64,000 nucleotides of DNA from an uncultured Acidobacteriota bacterium. GTDB taxonomy: Bacteria; Acidobacteriota; Thermoanaerobaculia; Gp7-AA8. The position numbers and the translations under genes are program-made. The stretch spans positions 32,001 to 96,000 of the forward strand of contig CAVUKB010000009.1 in NCBI GenBank assembly GCA_963741955.1. The letters run 5' to 3'. Below the pieces are notes generated by a model. It saw only the letters and a program-made list of their open reading frames with translations. It searched no databases and had not been told where the DNA came from. Positions 9,601 to 18,973 of this stretch are shown here, one piece after another; position 1 is the stretch's first letter; each line of letters starts with the position of its first letter.

Positions 9601-11589
9601 TCAGGTCGGAGATTCGGTGGCGTGAAGGCGTGCGACGCCCGAAATGGGATTCAGCGCGGGCGTGAGTCGTGGTGCCTTCACGTCGCGGTACTGGTCCGAG
9701 ACTGAATACTCGGGGATCAGATCGACGAGAGCGGCGACCGCGTCTCGATTCTTCACTGCCGATCCGGAGTCGAATCTTCGCATCCAATGCGTGACCACCA
9801 TGGTGTCGGGCTGAGGCGCCTCGGTCACCACGATCTGCGGATGTTGTGTGGGGTGATTTCGTTCGCCCTGGAGCCGGACCTCCTCGAAGAGCTTCTCGCC
9901 GGGACGGAGGCCGGTGAAGACGATCTCGATCTCGTCCGGCTCGTGGTTCGAGAGCTCGATCAGATCGCGGGCGAGGTCGGCGATCTTCACCGGTTCGCCC
10001 ATGTCGAGCATGAAGACGTTCCCTCCGTTGCTCAAGGTCGCCGCCTGCAGGACGAGTGAAACCGCCTCGGAAGTGCGGAGGAAATAGCGGGTCACTTCCG
10101 GATGAGTGACGGTGACCGGTCCGCCTTCGGCGATCTGCTCGAGGAAGAGTGGAATCACGCTGCCCGACGAGCCGAGGACGTTCCCGAAGCGGACTGCCGA
10201 GATCTTCATCCGGCTTCGCGCGGCGAAGTCCATCAGGGCGATCTCGCCGGCGCGCTTGCTCGCGCCCATCACACTGGTGGGATTGATCGCTTTGTCGGTG
10301 CTGATGAAGACGAAGCGCTCGACGCCGTGGGCCTCGCAGATCTCCGCGACGCGCCGTGTGGCGAGGCAGTTGTTCAGAACGTATTCGGTCGGGTTCTCCT
10401 CGCCGAGAGGTACGTGTTTGTGTGCAGCTGCGTGGAGAACGATCTCGGGGCGGACGTTCTCGATGACGTTGTTCAGGGATGCCGAGTTGCGGATGTCCAC
10501 GAGATGGCGGGAGGTGCGTTCTGCGAGCCGCCCGTGCTCTTTCGACAGGCGTCGTCCGCTCTGATAGAGGGCGTACTCCGAACGCTCCACCAGCGCAACG
10601 TGTGCCGGCTCGAACGCGAGGATCTGCGTTGCGAGCTCCGATCCGATCGTTCCTCCCGCTCCGGTGACCATGACGCGCTTTCCTTTGAAGAGAGCGCGCA
10701 CGGGGTCACCGGGGAGGACGATCTCCTCACGGCGGAGGAGGTCATCGATGTTCACCGGCCGAAGCTGCGAGACCTGCACCTTTCCGCTGACCAGCTGGTC
10801 GACGCCCGGAATGGTCCGGAAATCGAGATCGGCCTCGGAGAGATATTGAATGATCTCTCGCATGCGCTTGCCGCTCGCGCTGGGAATTGCGATCAGCGCT
10901 TCCGTGGCGCGACATTCTTCGCCGATGGTCGCGATACTGCTGATCGGTCCGCGCACCCGGATTCCCCGAATGTAGGAGCCGCATTTGCCTTCGTGATCGT
11001 CGACGAAGCCGACCACCTTCATCCCCATCTGAGGACGGTGCTCGATCTCACGGGCGAGAGCCTCGCCGGCGTCGCCGGCGCCGATGATCATGACGCGCTT
11101 GACGTCTCCGCTCCGATATTCGTTGCGCATCCGATCGCGGGCAATCCGCACCAGGACGCGTACGCCGAAGAGGGCGAGGATGGCGAACGCCCAGTCGATC
11201 ACGAGAACCCCGCGAGATATCCCGGTGACGGAAAGACGGTCTCCCATCGGAAGGATGTACCAGGCGGAGATGAGAAGGCCGAGCGAGATCGTCATTCCGC
11301 CGACCATGCGGAGAATCTCGCTCATCCCGACGTAGCGCCACCAACCGCGGTAGAAGCCGAATCCAACGCCGACGAGAAGCTGCAATCCGACGACGAAGGG
11401 AAGACTGGAATGAAAGAGACGCTCGATCTGGTCAGGCCCCAGGCGGAAATCGAAACGCAGCATCGTCGCGAAGACGTAGGCAATGGTGAAGACCGCTGCG
11501 TGAAACCCGAACAATATGAACACACGCGCGCGGGTGGCGACACTCGTCACCGCGCGATCGATGTTCCGAACCAGGGCCGTTACGGACAT
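9601..11589 (-). CDS. Nucleoside-diphosphate sugar epimerase/dehydratase, CapD/WbpM/PglF family
   Basis: N-terminal TM helices, IIGAGDAG, VTGAGGTIGSEL, HAAAHKHVP, STDKAINPTSVMGASKR, RFGNVLGSSGSV, GLRPGEKL. Confidence 0.93.
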   Translation of the reverse strand: MSVTALVRNIDRAVTSVATRARVFILFGFHAAVFTIAYVFATMLRFDFRLGPDQIERLFHSSLPFVVGLQLLVGVGFGFYRGWWRYVGMSEILRMVGGMTISLGLLISAWYILPMGDRLSVTGISRGVLVIDWAFAILALFGVRVLVRIARDRMRNEYRSGDVKRVMIIGAGDAGEALAREIEHRPQMGMKVVGFVDDHEGKCGSYIRGIRVRGPISSIATIGEECRATEALIAIPSASGKRMREIIQYLSEADLDFRTIPGVDQLVSGKVQVSQLRPVNIDDLLRREEIVLPGDPVRALFKGKRVMVTGAGGTIGSELATQILAFEPAHVALVERSEYALYQSGRRLSKEHGRLAERTSRHLVDIRNSASLNNVIENVRPEIVLHAAAHKHVPLGEENPTEYVLNNCLATRRVAEICEAHGVERFVFISTDKAINPTSVMGASKRAGEIALMDFAARSRMKISAVRFGNVLGSSGSVIPLFLEQIAEGGPVTVTHPEVTRYFLRTSEAVSLVLQAATLSNGGNVFMLDMGEPVKIADLARDLIELSNHEPDEIEIVFTGLRPGEKLFEEVRLQGERNHPTQHPQIVVTEAPQPDTMVVTHWMRRFDSGSAVKNRDAVAALVDLIPEYSVSDQYRDVKAPRLTPALNPISGVARLHATESPT

Positions 11590-11867
11590 CCGATCTGTCT
11601 CCCAACCAACTTTGCACCCGGAGGTCCGGTGCACTCCCGGCGAGCGACGTCCGGTTCTCGAGCCTCGCGTTGACCGATAGCGGGCGGAACCATTGCTCAC
11701 GGAAGGACTTACTTTAACACGAAGGTCCTATGTCGCGGTGGCTGATTCTCGTGACTGGAGACCCTCACGCATGCTTATTAGCACATTGCGGTGAGTTTTG
11801 GAGTCCCCCGTTCGGGGAATATTCATTCATTTGCGGTGCTGTCGCGCAGAAGTGGAGGGTCGTGTGC

Positions 11868-11995
11868 GGGAGAAGCGAAGCTTGCATGGATGCTCCGCGC
11901 TCGGGCAAAGGCACGGTCTTCGTGGCAGGGAACGCGATCTTCGCGGCAGATCAGAGGATCTGCACCCCATACGAGGGTTGAAGCGGTGAAATGTT
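11868..11995. repeat. Isolated partial copy of REPIN family B
   Basis: AGAAGCGAAGCTTGCA...AAAGGCACGGTCTTCGTG...CGGCAGATCAGAGGATCTGCACCCCATACGAGG matches 14718-15725 units. Confidence 0.85.
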
Positions 11996-12059
11996 ACTCC
12001 AGGTGGTGCGGACGAATGGCCCGCACCACTGTGCAAGCGATCTGATGCCGCGGGCAATC

Positions 12060-12521
12060 TCATTCCGCCGGGCCGGGCGGTTCGTACGGAGGAAGCGCCG
12101 GGGGAGTGGGAGGCTGGGTCGCAGGAGGTGCGGCCGGAGCCGTCGCGGTCGCCGGGAGTACTCCGCGATTCCGGAACAGGGCCTCGGTCTCATCGTTGAG
12201 CAGCACCCACATGGTGTAGATGCCGATCGCGGTTCCGACCGGGAGGTTGAAGAGGTCGAGCACGCCGAGGATCAGAACGAGGATCCGCGCCCAGGGGGCG
12301 TAGTTGAGGAGTCCGATGCCGCCGATGATGCTCGGCAGCGAGAGGATCAGTGCAACGATTCCGATCGCGAGCGCGCAGCCGGTGGTCACCGCCATGGCGT
12401 CGCGGTCGCCGCTGAGAAGACCGCCACCTGCGATCACCACGACGAAGAAGATCCCGGCGAGGAGCGCGAGCACTCCGAGCGCGATGTGGATGATTCCAAC
12501 GATGGTCACGTGAGTTTTCAT
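12060..12521 (-). CDS. Hypothetical membrane protein with Pro-rich tail
   Basis: 3-4 hydrophobic helices, WARIL..FNLPVGTAIGIYTMWVL. Confidence 0.8.
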   Translation of the reverse strand: MKTHVTIVGIIHIALGVLALLAGIFFVVVIAGGGLLSGDRDAMAVTTGCALAIGIVALILSLPSIIGGIGLLNYAPWARILVLILGVLDLFNLPVGTAIGIYTMWVLLNDETEALFRNRGVLPATATAPAAPPATQPPTPPALPPYEPPGPAE

Positions 12522-12611
12522 GGTTGCTTCTTCCCGGGACGCTGCCTTCGTCGGCGCCGTCCCTTTAGTTGACTACGAAGATCGCGTCTGAATGTTGCGA
12601 CGAGGGGGACA

Positions 12612-13280
12612 GTGGGTTGGACCTCCGGTCCGATGCAGGGTGGACAGTGGGTTGGACCTCCGGTCCGATGCAGGGCGGCGTCCCGCGCCGCACTGCCCCG
12701 GGCAAGTTACGAAGATGGCCCCGAGTACAGAGACACGAACAGACCACATCGCGAGAGGAACGAGACGCGTTTCGTTCAGGACATCGCTCCCCGGCAGGAT
12801 GCCGGGGAGCCTCGCGCAGGATGCGCGACCCACAGATGCAAGGTGGAAAGTGGGTTGGACGTCTCGTCCGATGCAGGGCGGCGTCCCGCGCCGCACTGCC
12901 CCGCGCAAGTTACGAGGATCGTCCCGAGTCGAGAGAGACGAACAGACCACATCGCGGGAGGAACGGTACGCGTTTCGTTGAGGCCATCGCTCCCCGGCAG
13001 GATGCCGGGGAGCCTCGCGCAGGATGCGCGACCCACGGTGCGCGACCCACCGTGGGTTGGACGTCTCGTCCGATGCAGGGCGGCGTCCCGCGCCGCACTG
13101 CCCCGGGCAAGTTACGACAATGGCCCCGAGTACAGAGACACGAACAGACCACATCGCGGGAGGAACGGTACGCGTTTCGTTGAGGACATCGCTCCCCGGC
13201 AGGATGCCGGGGAGCCTCGCGCAGGATGCGCGACCCACGATGCGCGACCCACGGTGCGCGACCCACAGTGGGCGACCCAC
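12612..13280. repeat. REPIN family C, three tandem ~203-bp units plus fragments
   Basis: Units start GTGGGTTGGAC at 12647, 12850, 13052 and end GCGCGACCCAC; internal hairpins such as GCTCCCCGGCA-GGA-TGCCGGGGAGC. Confidence 0.92.
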
Positions 13281-13335
13281 TTCGCGCAAATCGCGCAAGT
13301 CAACACCCCACCCGCTCCATGCTAAGGTTGCGCAC

Positions 13336-14652
13336 ATGGATGAGAAGAAACGGGAATCCATCATCCGGCGATACGACGAGGGGCGGGAGCACTCGAAACG
13401 GCTTCTCGAGATGCTCACACCGGACGCGTACTACGAGCGGCCGATCTCGTTGCGCCATCCATTCGTTTTCTACGACGGGCATTTCGCCGCATTCAACTTC
13501 ATCACGCTGGTGCGCCGCGCGCTGAAGCGCCCTTCGATCGACGAGCGACTCGAGCGGCTGTTCGAGAGAGGGATCGATCCCGATTCCGGCTCGGCTGCCG
13601 ATGCGAGCTCGCCCGCGCAGTGGCCGGATCGGCGTGAGGTGCTCGCTTTCTGCGAAGAATCCGACGCGCAGGTACGGAGAGCTCTCGAGAACGACCGACT
13701 CTGTGATGCCGCAAATCCTCTGCTGGTCCGAGGCGAAGCGGTCTATACCATCCTCGAGCACGAGAGGATGCATCACGAGACGCTCCGCTACATGCTCCAC
13801 CAGCTGCCGTACGAGAAGAAGACGGAGGCGTTCCGCAGCGAGACGCCACGCAACGGCAACCCGCCTCTGCGCCAGCCGGTTGCGGTTCCGGGCGGAGTGG
13901 TGACGCTCGGCGCGGATCGCGACGAGATCGATTTCGGCTGGGACAACGAGTTCCCGCGTCTGCACGCCGAAGTCGAGCCCTTCGAGATCGACGAGCTGCC
14001 GGTGACGAACGCCGAAATGCTGGAGCTCGTGGAGAACGGTGCATACCGGAAACGCGAGCTGTGGGACGACGAAGCGTGGGAATGGATCCGCAGCGAAGGC
14101 ATCACACATCCGCCGTTCTGGCGGAAACGCGGCGAGCGGTGGATGTGGATCGGGATGCACGAGGAGATTCCGTTGCCGCAGTCGTGGCCGGTGTGGGCGA
14201 CACTCGCCGAAGCGCGCGCGTTCGCGAAGTGGAAGGGAAAGCGGCTGCCGACGGAAGCGGAATACCATCGAGCGGCATTCGGAACGCCGGGAGGAGTGGA
14301 GCGGCTTTATCCGTGGGGCGATGAGCCTCCCGACGAGACGCGCGGGAACTTCGACCTCCGGTACCACGAGCCGATGCCGGTCGGATCGCATCCGGCGGGG
14401 ACGAGCGCGTGGGGCGTGCAGGAGCTCGTCGGCAACGGATGGGAGTGGACGGAGACGGCGTTCGCCGGATTCCCCGGTTTTCGTTCGATGGCGTCGTACC
14501 CGCCGTACTCTTCGGACTTTTTCGACGGAAAGCACTTCGTGATCAAGGGCGCTTCACCGTCGACCTCGCGCCATCTGGTGCGGCGGAGCTTCAGAAACTG
14601 GTTCCGGCCGACGTACCCGTACGTGTATGCGAAGTTCAGGTGCGTGGGGTAG
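13336..14652 (+). CDS. Non-heme iron sulfoxide synthase (EgtB/OvoA family; DinB + FGE-sulfatase domains)
   Basis: LRHPFVFYDGH, FERGIDPD, EHERMHHET, FGWDNE, RLPTEAEY, GNGWEWT, RRSFRNWF. Confidence 0.88.
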   Translation: MDEKKRESIIRRYDEGREHSKRLLEMLTPDAYYERPISLRHPFVFYDGHFAAFNFITLVRRALKRPSIDERLERLFERGIDPDSGSAADASSPAQWPDRREVLAFCEESDAQVRRALENDRLCDAANPLLVRGEAVYTILEHERMHHETLRYMLHQLPYEKKTEAFRSETPRNGNPPLRQPVAVPGGVVTLGADRDEIDFGWDNEFPRLHAEVEPFEIDELPVTNAEMLELVENGAYRKRELWDDEAWEWIRSEGITHPPFWRKRGERWMWIGMHEEIPLPQSWPVWATLAEARAFAKWKGKRLPTEAEYHRAAFGTPGGVERLYPWGDEPPDETRGNFDLRYHEPMPVGSHPAGTSAWGVQELVGNGWEWTETAFAGFPGFRSMASYPPYSSDFFDGKHFVIKGASPSTSRHLVRRSFRNWFRPTYPYVYAKFRCVG

Positions 14653-14717
14653 AGATCGAGAGCTGGAGACGTTGTCGATCGAGCCGGGGTCGTGCCCGGA
14701 GATGATTCAACTCGGGT

Positions 14718-15725
14718 GGGGTGCGGTGCCTCCGATCCGCCGGACAGGTCAGGTTCGGAGCGGATCGAGAGGGATGGACGCGGCAGAAGCGAAGCTTGCA
14801 CCGACGCTCCGCGCTTCGTCAAAGGCACGGTCTTCGTGCGCATGGAACACGATTCTCGCGGCAGATCAGAGGATCTGCACCCCATACGAGGATCGACAGC
14901 GGTGAAATGCAGAGGGTCGGCCTTGTGGGGTGCGGATCCTCCGATCCGCCGGACAGCTCTGGTTCGGAGCGGATCGAGAGGAAGGATGCGGCAGAAGCGA
15001 AGCTTGCACCGACGCTCCGCGCTTCGTCAAAGGCACGGTCTTCATGCGCATGGAACACGATCCTCGCGGCAGATCAGAGGATCTGCACCCCATACGAGGA
15101 TCGGCAGCGGTGAAATGCAGAGGGTCGGCCTTGTGGGGTGCGGTGCCTCCGATCCGCCGGACAGGTCAGGTTCGGAGCGGATCGAGAGGGATGGACGCGG
15201 CAGAAGCGAAGCTCGCAGGGACGCTCCGCGCTCTGACAAAGGCACGGTCTTCGTGCGCATGGAACACGATTCTCGCGGCAGATCAGAGGATCTGCACCCC
15301 ATACGAGGATCGACAGCGGTGAAATGCAGAGGGTCGGCCTTGTGGGGTGCGGATCCTCCGATCCGCCGGACAGGTCTGGTTCGAAGCGTATCGAGAGGAG
15401 AGATGCGGCAAAAGCGAAGCTCGCACGGACGCTCCGCGCTCTGACAAAGGCACGGTCTTCGTGCGCATAGAACACGATCCTCGCGGCAGATCAGAGGATC
15501 TGCACCCCATACGAAGGTCGGCCGCGGTGAGATGCAGATGGTCGGCCTCGTGGGGTGCGGATCCTCCGATCCGCCAGACAGGTCTGGTTCGAAGCGTATC
15601 GAGAGGAGGGATGCGGCAAAAGCGAAGCTCGCACGGACGCTCCGCGCTCTGACAAGGCACGGTCTTCGTGCGCATGGAACACGATTCTCGCGGCAGATCA
15701 GAGGATCGGCACCCCATACGAGGAT
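14718..15725. repeat. REPIN family B, five tandem 208-209-bp units
   Basis: Units start GGGGTGCGG at 14718, 14927, 15135, 15344, 15552; each has inverted arms GGGGTGCGGATCCTCCGATCCGCCG ... CGGCAGATCAGAGGATCTGCACCCC. Confidence 0.95.
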
Positions 15726-15760
15726 CGGCTTCCATACGAGGATTCCATCGCGAGCCTCGC

Positions 15761-15816
15761 GCCCGCCTTTCTCCCATCATCTCCGCAGCAGAGATGGTGT
15801 GAGAAATCCGGGCTAG
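15761..15816. repeat. Palindromic element family D, copy 1
   Basis: GCCCGCCTTTCTCCCATC...GATGGTGTGAGAAATCCGGGCTAG; similar to 37189-37254. Confidence 0.7.
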
Positions 15817-16202
15817 TCGCGTTTCGACCAGTCGCGCAGCAGCTCGGTGATGATCGGGAGATCCTCGGGGGGGAATCCGACCGCAGTCCCGAGAGCGATC
15901 CGCGGCGTCGGCTTCCAGTTCAACCCGGAGAAGTCGAGTGAGCGCATTTCGCGGCCGGTCGCATCACGGGGACGGACCCAGTAAGTCCACTGCGTCGACG
16001 CCTTCCCGCCGCCGAAAATCCTCTCGTAGAACGGGTCTCCCTCCGGGACATACCGAGCCACGGCGTTGAGCAGGAGGGTGAGATCTTCCGGCGAACGGAA
16101 TTCGACCACCACACGTCGAGTCGCCGAATCATAGTCGGCCCGGGTCACGTCCACGCCTGCGCCTTCGAGCGCCGAACGCAGAGTCGAGGTATCAATCTCC
16201 AC
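15813..16202 (-). CDS. Hypothetical protein
   Basis: 129-aa ORF with GTG start and AGGAG RBS; globular-looking composition. Confidence 0.65.
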   Translation of the reverse strand: MEIDTSTLRSALEGAGVDVTRADYDSATRRVVVEFRSPEDLTLLLNAVARYVPEGDPFYERIFGGGKASTQWTYWVRPRDATGREMRSLDFSGLNWKPTPRIALGTAVGFPPEDLPIITELLRDWSKRD

Positions 16203-16407
16203 CGCTCGCTCCTGACCCCCGAACGGAGGTCGGGACCATTGTGTCGGAAAAAGGCTCCCGAGGGAAGTGACGCCCTCCCCGGAGTCGCGTTCAACACCTG
16301 ACCCCGAACCTCCCCGCGATCGACTCGCCCGGTGACCCTCTCCGCTCCGGCGTCCCGCCCCGTCTCTTCCGGCTGAGCGATCGCGTTTCCGAGGTTAGAA
16401 TGCGTCC

Positions 16408-17343
16408 GTGTCGGACCACTCCATGATCACTCCCGGCTCGCTCGTTCTCACCGAGGGCTCCATCTACGAGCGGCTGAGACGCGACGAATCGATCGCGTTC
16501 GATCCGCAGCTCGCCCACGCTTCCCTCGTCTACGATGAACGAGCGAGGGAAAAGCTCGCGAACTTTCATCGGGAGTATCTGGCGATCGGCCTCGACAGAG
16601 GGCTTCCGATGATTGCGCTCGCCGATACGTGGCGCGCGAGTGGAGAGCGGATCGCGAGGTCGCGTTTCGCGGGACGTGATGTGAATGGCGACAACGTCCG
16701 TTTTCTGCGCGAGCTGGTCGCTGGAAGCGGCGGGGACGTCCGGGTCGCTGCGCTCCTCGGGCCGCGCGGCGATGCCTACCGCGCATCGGAGTCGCCGGGC
16801 TACGACGACGCACTTCGTCTCCATGCGCCGCAGGTCGAGGCGCTCGCCGCGGCGGCTCCTGATCTGATCATGGCGGCCACTCTCCCGTCGTCCATCGAGG
16901 CACGAGCGATGGCGATGCTTCTGTCGCAGTGCGGAGTCCCGTGGATCCTCAGTTTCGTGGTGCGGCAGGACGGTCGTCTGTTGGACGGCACCACCTTTCG
17001 TGACGCGATGGAGACGATCGAGTCTCGCGTGTCGTCGGAGCCCCTCGGGTTCGCGATCAACTGCGTCCATCCGCGGGTCGTGCGGAGTGCCTTCGAGGCC
17101 GATCCGACGTTGCCGGAGCGGATCGTCTGGTTCCAGGCGAACACGTCGGCGCGCTCACCCGAGGAGCTCGACGGACTCGATCACATCGAAGCGGACGAGC
17201 CGGAGGAGTACGCCAGGGAGCTCGTTTCGCTGCAGAGGGATTACGGGATTCCAGTCCTCGGTGGATGTTGCGGAGCCGGTTCGCGACACATGATCGCGGT
17301 TGCCGACGCGATGGTCGCGAATCGTGGCGCGGTTCGCATGTGA
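16408..17343 (+). CDS. Homocysteine S-methyltransferase family protein
   Basis: LGPRGDAY, FAINC and GGCCG Zn ligands. Confidence 0.88.
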   Translation: MSDHSMITPGSLVLTEGSIYERLRRDESIAFDPQLAHASLVYDERAREKLANFHREYLAIGLDRGLPMIALADTWRASGERIARSRFAGRDVNGDNVRFLRELVAGSGGDVRVAALLGPRGDAYRASESPGYDDALRLHAPQVEALAAAAPDLIMAATLPSSIEARAMAMLLSQCGVPWILSFVVRQDGRLLDGTTFRDAMETIESRVSSEPLGFAINCVHPRVVRSAFEADPTLPERIVWFQANTSARSPEELDGLDHIEADEPEEYARELVSLQRDYGIPVLGGCCGAGSRHMIAVADAMVANRGAVRM

Positions 17344-17347
17344 ATGC

Positions 17348-18862
17348 TCATCCGGATCGTGATTCGATGAGGAATCGAATCCGATCTCCGGGACGCAACA
17401 ACGCGAGCTTCCAGCGCTGGCTCGAAACGATCGTGAATGGCTGAAGGTATCCACCGGTGACCGGATGGTCCGGCCCCATCGCGACGAGGCTTCCGTCCGG
17501 ATGCAGCTGCACGGTCCCGAACTGCATCCCGCAGGAGGGAAGCCGCGCGGGAATGTTCTGTGGGCGGAGGTCCGACTCGAATCGGATGCCGGTCCGGTCG
17601 AGCGCTCCCGACACTTCCCATTCCCGACGGGCGATCGACTGCAGCGTTTCCGGTTCAGCGGAGTGAGGTCCCGCGAGCGCAGCGATCTCGAAGCGGTTCA
17701 CGTGCGCTGCGCTGCGGCCGAGAGAAGATTCGGTGGCGTTTCCGGCAGAGCATCCTGATGTGAAGAGCGGTCCCGTCCGCAGGCGCTCAGGGTGAAGTGA
17801 ATAGCGGCCGGCGGGGTTCTCGAGTCCCCCCTCGATCGCGAGCCATCCCCGCATCCCTTCGCGCAGCACTCCGCAGGCGAGAGTTCCCCCCACCGGGACG
17901 ACGAAGGAACGACGATCATCCACGGCTCGTCCATTCACGCGGAGGGTCACGTCTGCACCGTACCAGGAGCAGCGTCGTTCCTCGATGAACCGGAGGGTCG
18001 GACCGACGAGAGTGCATTCGAGCAGGGTCGCGTCGGGAGGATTCCCTGTCGCGAAGTTGGCGTCGGCGGCCGACACCGGGTCGAACGCTCCGCCGGGAGG
18101 AAGGCCGTGGTCGAGCCGCTCCAGATCCGGAGCGCCGGCCAGGAGCGTGAGTTGTCCCGCGTCGATCACTTCGCCGGCCTGCACACGTGGCCGCCGTGGG
18201 CGGATCCGTCCCGGCCGGACGTCCGCGATCTCATCCATCGTCGGAACGATCACGATCTCGTCGCCGGGGGAGACGAGATTCGGAGGATTGCGCTGGTCGT
18301 CCCAGAAGATCGCTCCGCTCCGCCCCAGGATGTTCCAGCCGCCGGGAGAGTGGACGGGATAGAAGCCGGCCATCTCTCCCGCGATCGCGAAGCTTCCTTT
18401 CGGAACCCGCGCGCGAGGTGTCGTGCGGCGTGGCAACTCCCATTCGGGAGGGAGCCCGTCGAGATACGCGAATCCGGCCATGAAACCGAGGAATCGGGCG
18501 CGGAATGTGAGCTCGGAGAGCCGGCCGAGAAACGCGTTGCGCTCGACCCGGAGGTGTGCGAGGAGGAGGGCGAGATCGGGACTGTAGCGTTCGAGGAAGC
18601 TCGTCTCGATCCGGTGGCGCGATGGCTCGAGATCGAGCGGCGTCGATTCAGCCCGATCGATCGCGGAACGGATCAGACTTTCCGCGTCGATGCCGGAGCT
18701 CCGCGTGATGGCGAGGATCGAGTGGTGTCCCGGAACCGCTGCGGCGATCCCATCGGTCGTTCGAATGGCTCGGGTGATCCGGTGGAGGTCGTCATAGCCG
18801 ACGGCGCCGAGCTCGACGAGAGCACCGCGATCTCCGGCAGGCGTGATCTTCACGACCTTCAT
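17348..18862 (-). CDS. Fused 5-oxoprolinase PxpB/PxpC (allophanate hydrolase subunit 1+2) family protein
   Basis: PAGDRGALVE, LGFMAGFAYL, YPVHSPGGWNILG, DRTGIR, PDHPVTGGY. Confidence 0.88.
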   Translation of the reverse strand: MKVVKITPAGDRGALVELGAVGYDDLHRITRAIRTTDGIAAAVPGHHSILAITRSSGIDAESLIRSAIDRAESTPLDLEPSRHRIETSFLERYSPDLALLLAHLRVERNAFLGRLSELTFRARFLGFMAGFAYLDGLPPEWELPRRTTPRARVPKGSFAIAGEMAGFYPVHSPGGWNILGRSGAIFWDDQRNPPNLVSPGDEIVIVPTMDEIADVRPGRIRPRRPRVQAGEVIDAGQLTLLAGAPDLERLDHGLPPGGAFDPVSAADANFATGNPPDATLLECTLVGPTLRFIEERRCSWYGADVTLRVNGRAVDDRRSFVVPVGGTLACGVLREGMRGWLAIEGGLENPAGRYSLHPERLRTGPLFTSGCSAGNATESSLGRSAAHVNRFEIAALAGPHSAEPETLQSIARREWEVSGALDRTGIRFESDLRPQNIPARLPSCGMQFGTVQLHPDGSLVAMGPDHPVTGGYLQPFTIVSSQRWKLALLRPGDRIRFLIESRSG

Positions 18863-18973
18863 CTTCTGCGAGTGCGATTCGCCACGCAAGAGCCAGCTCG
18901 GACAGGCGAGCTCGTGCTACGGTTTCGGCGGGTCACGATACAATCGGCCGGACTTTTTCAGCGGAGGCAGACT

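Noticed and set aside
12569-15941. Numerous ORFs within REPIN B and C arrays
   Set aside because: Translations of GC-rich repeats with no protein-like features.
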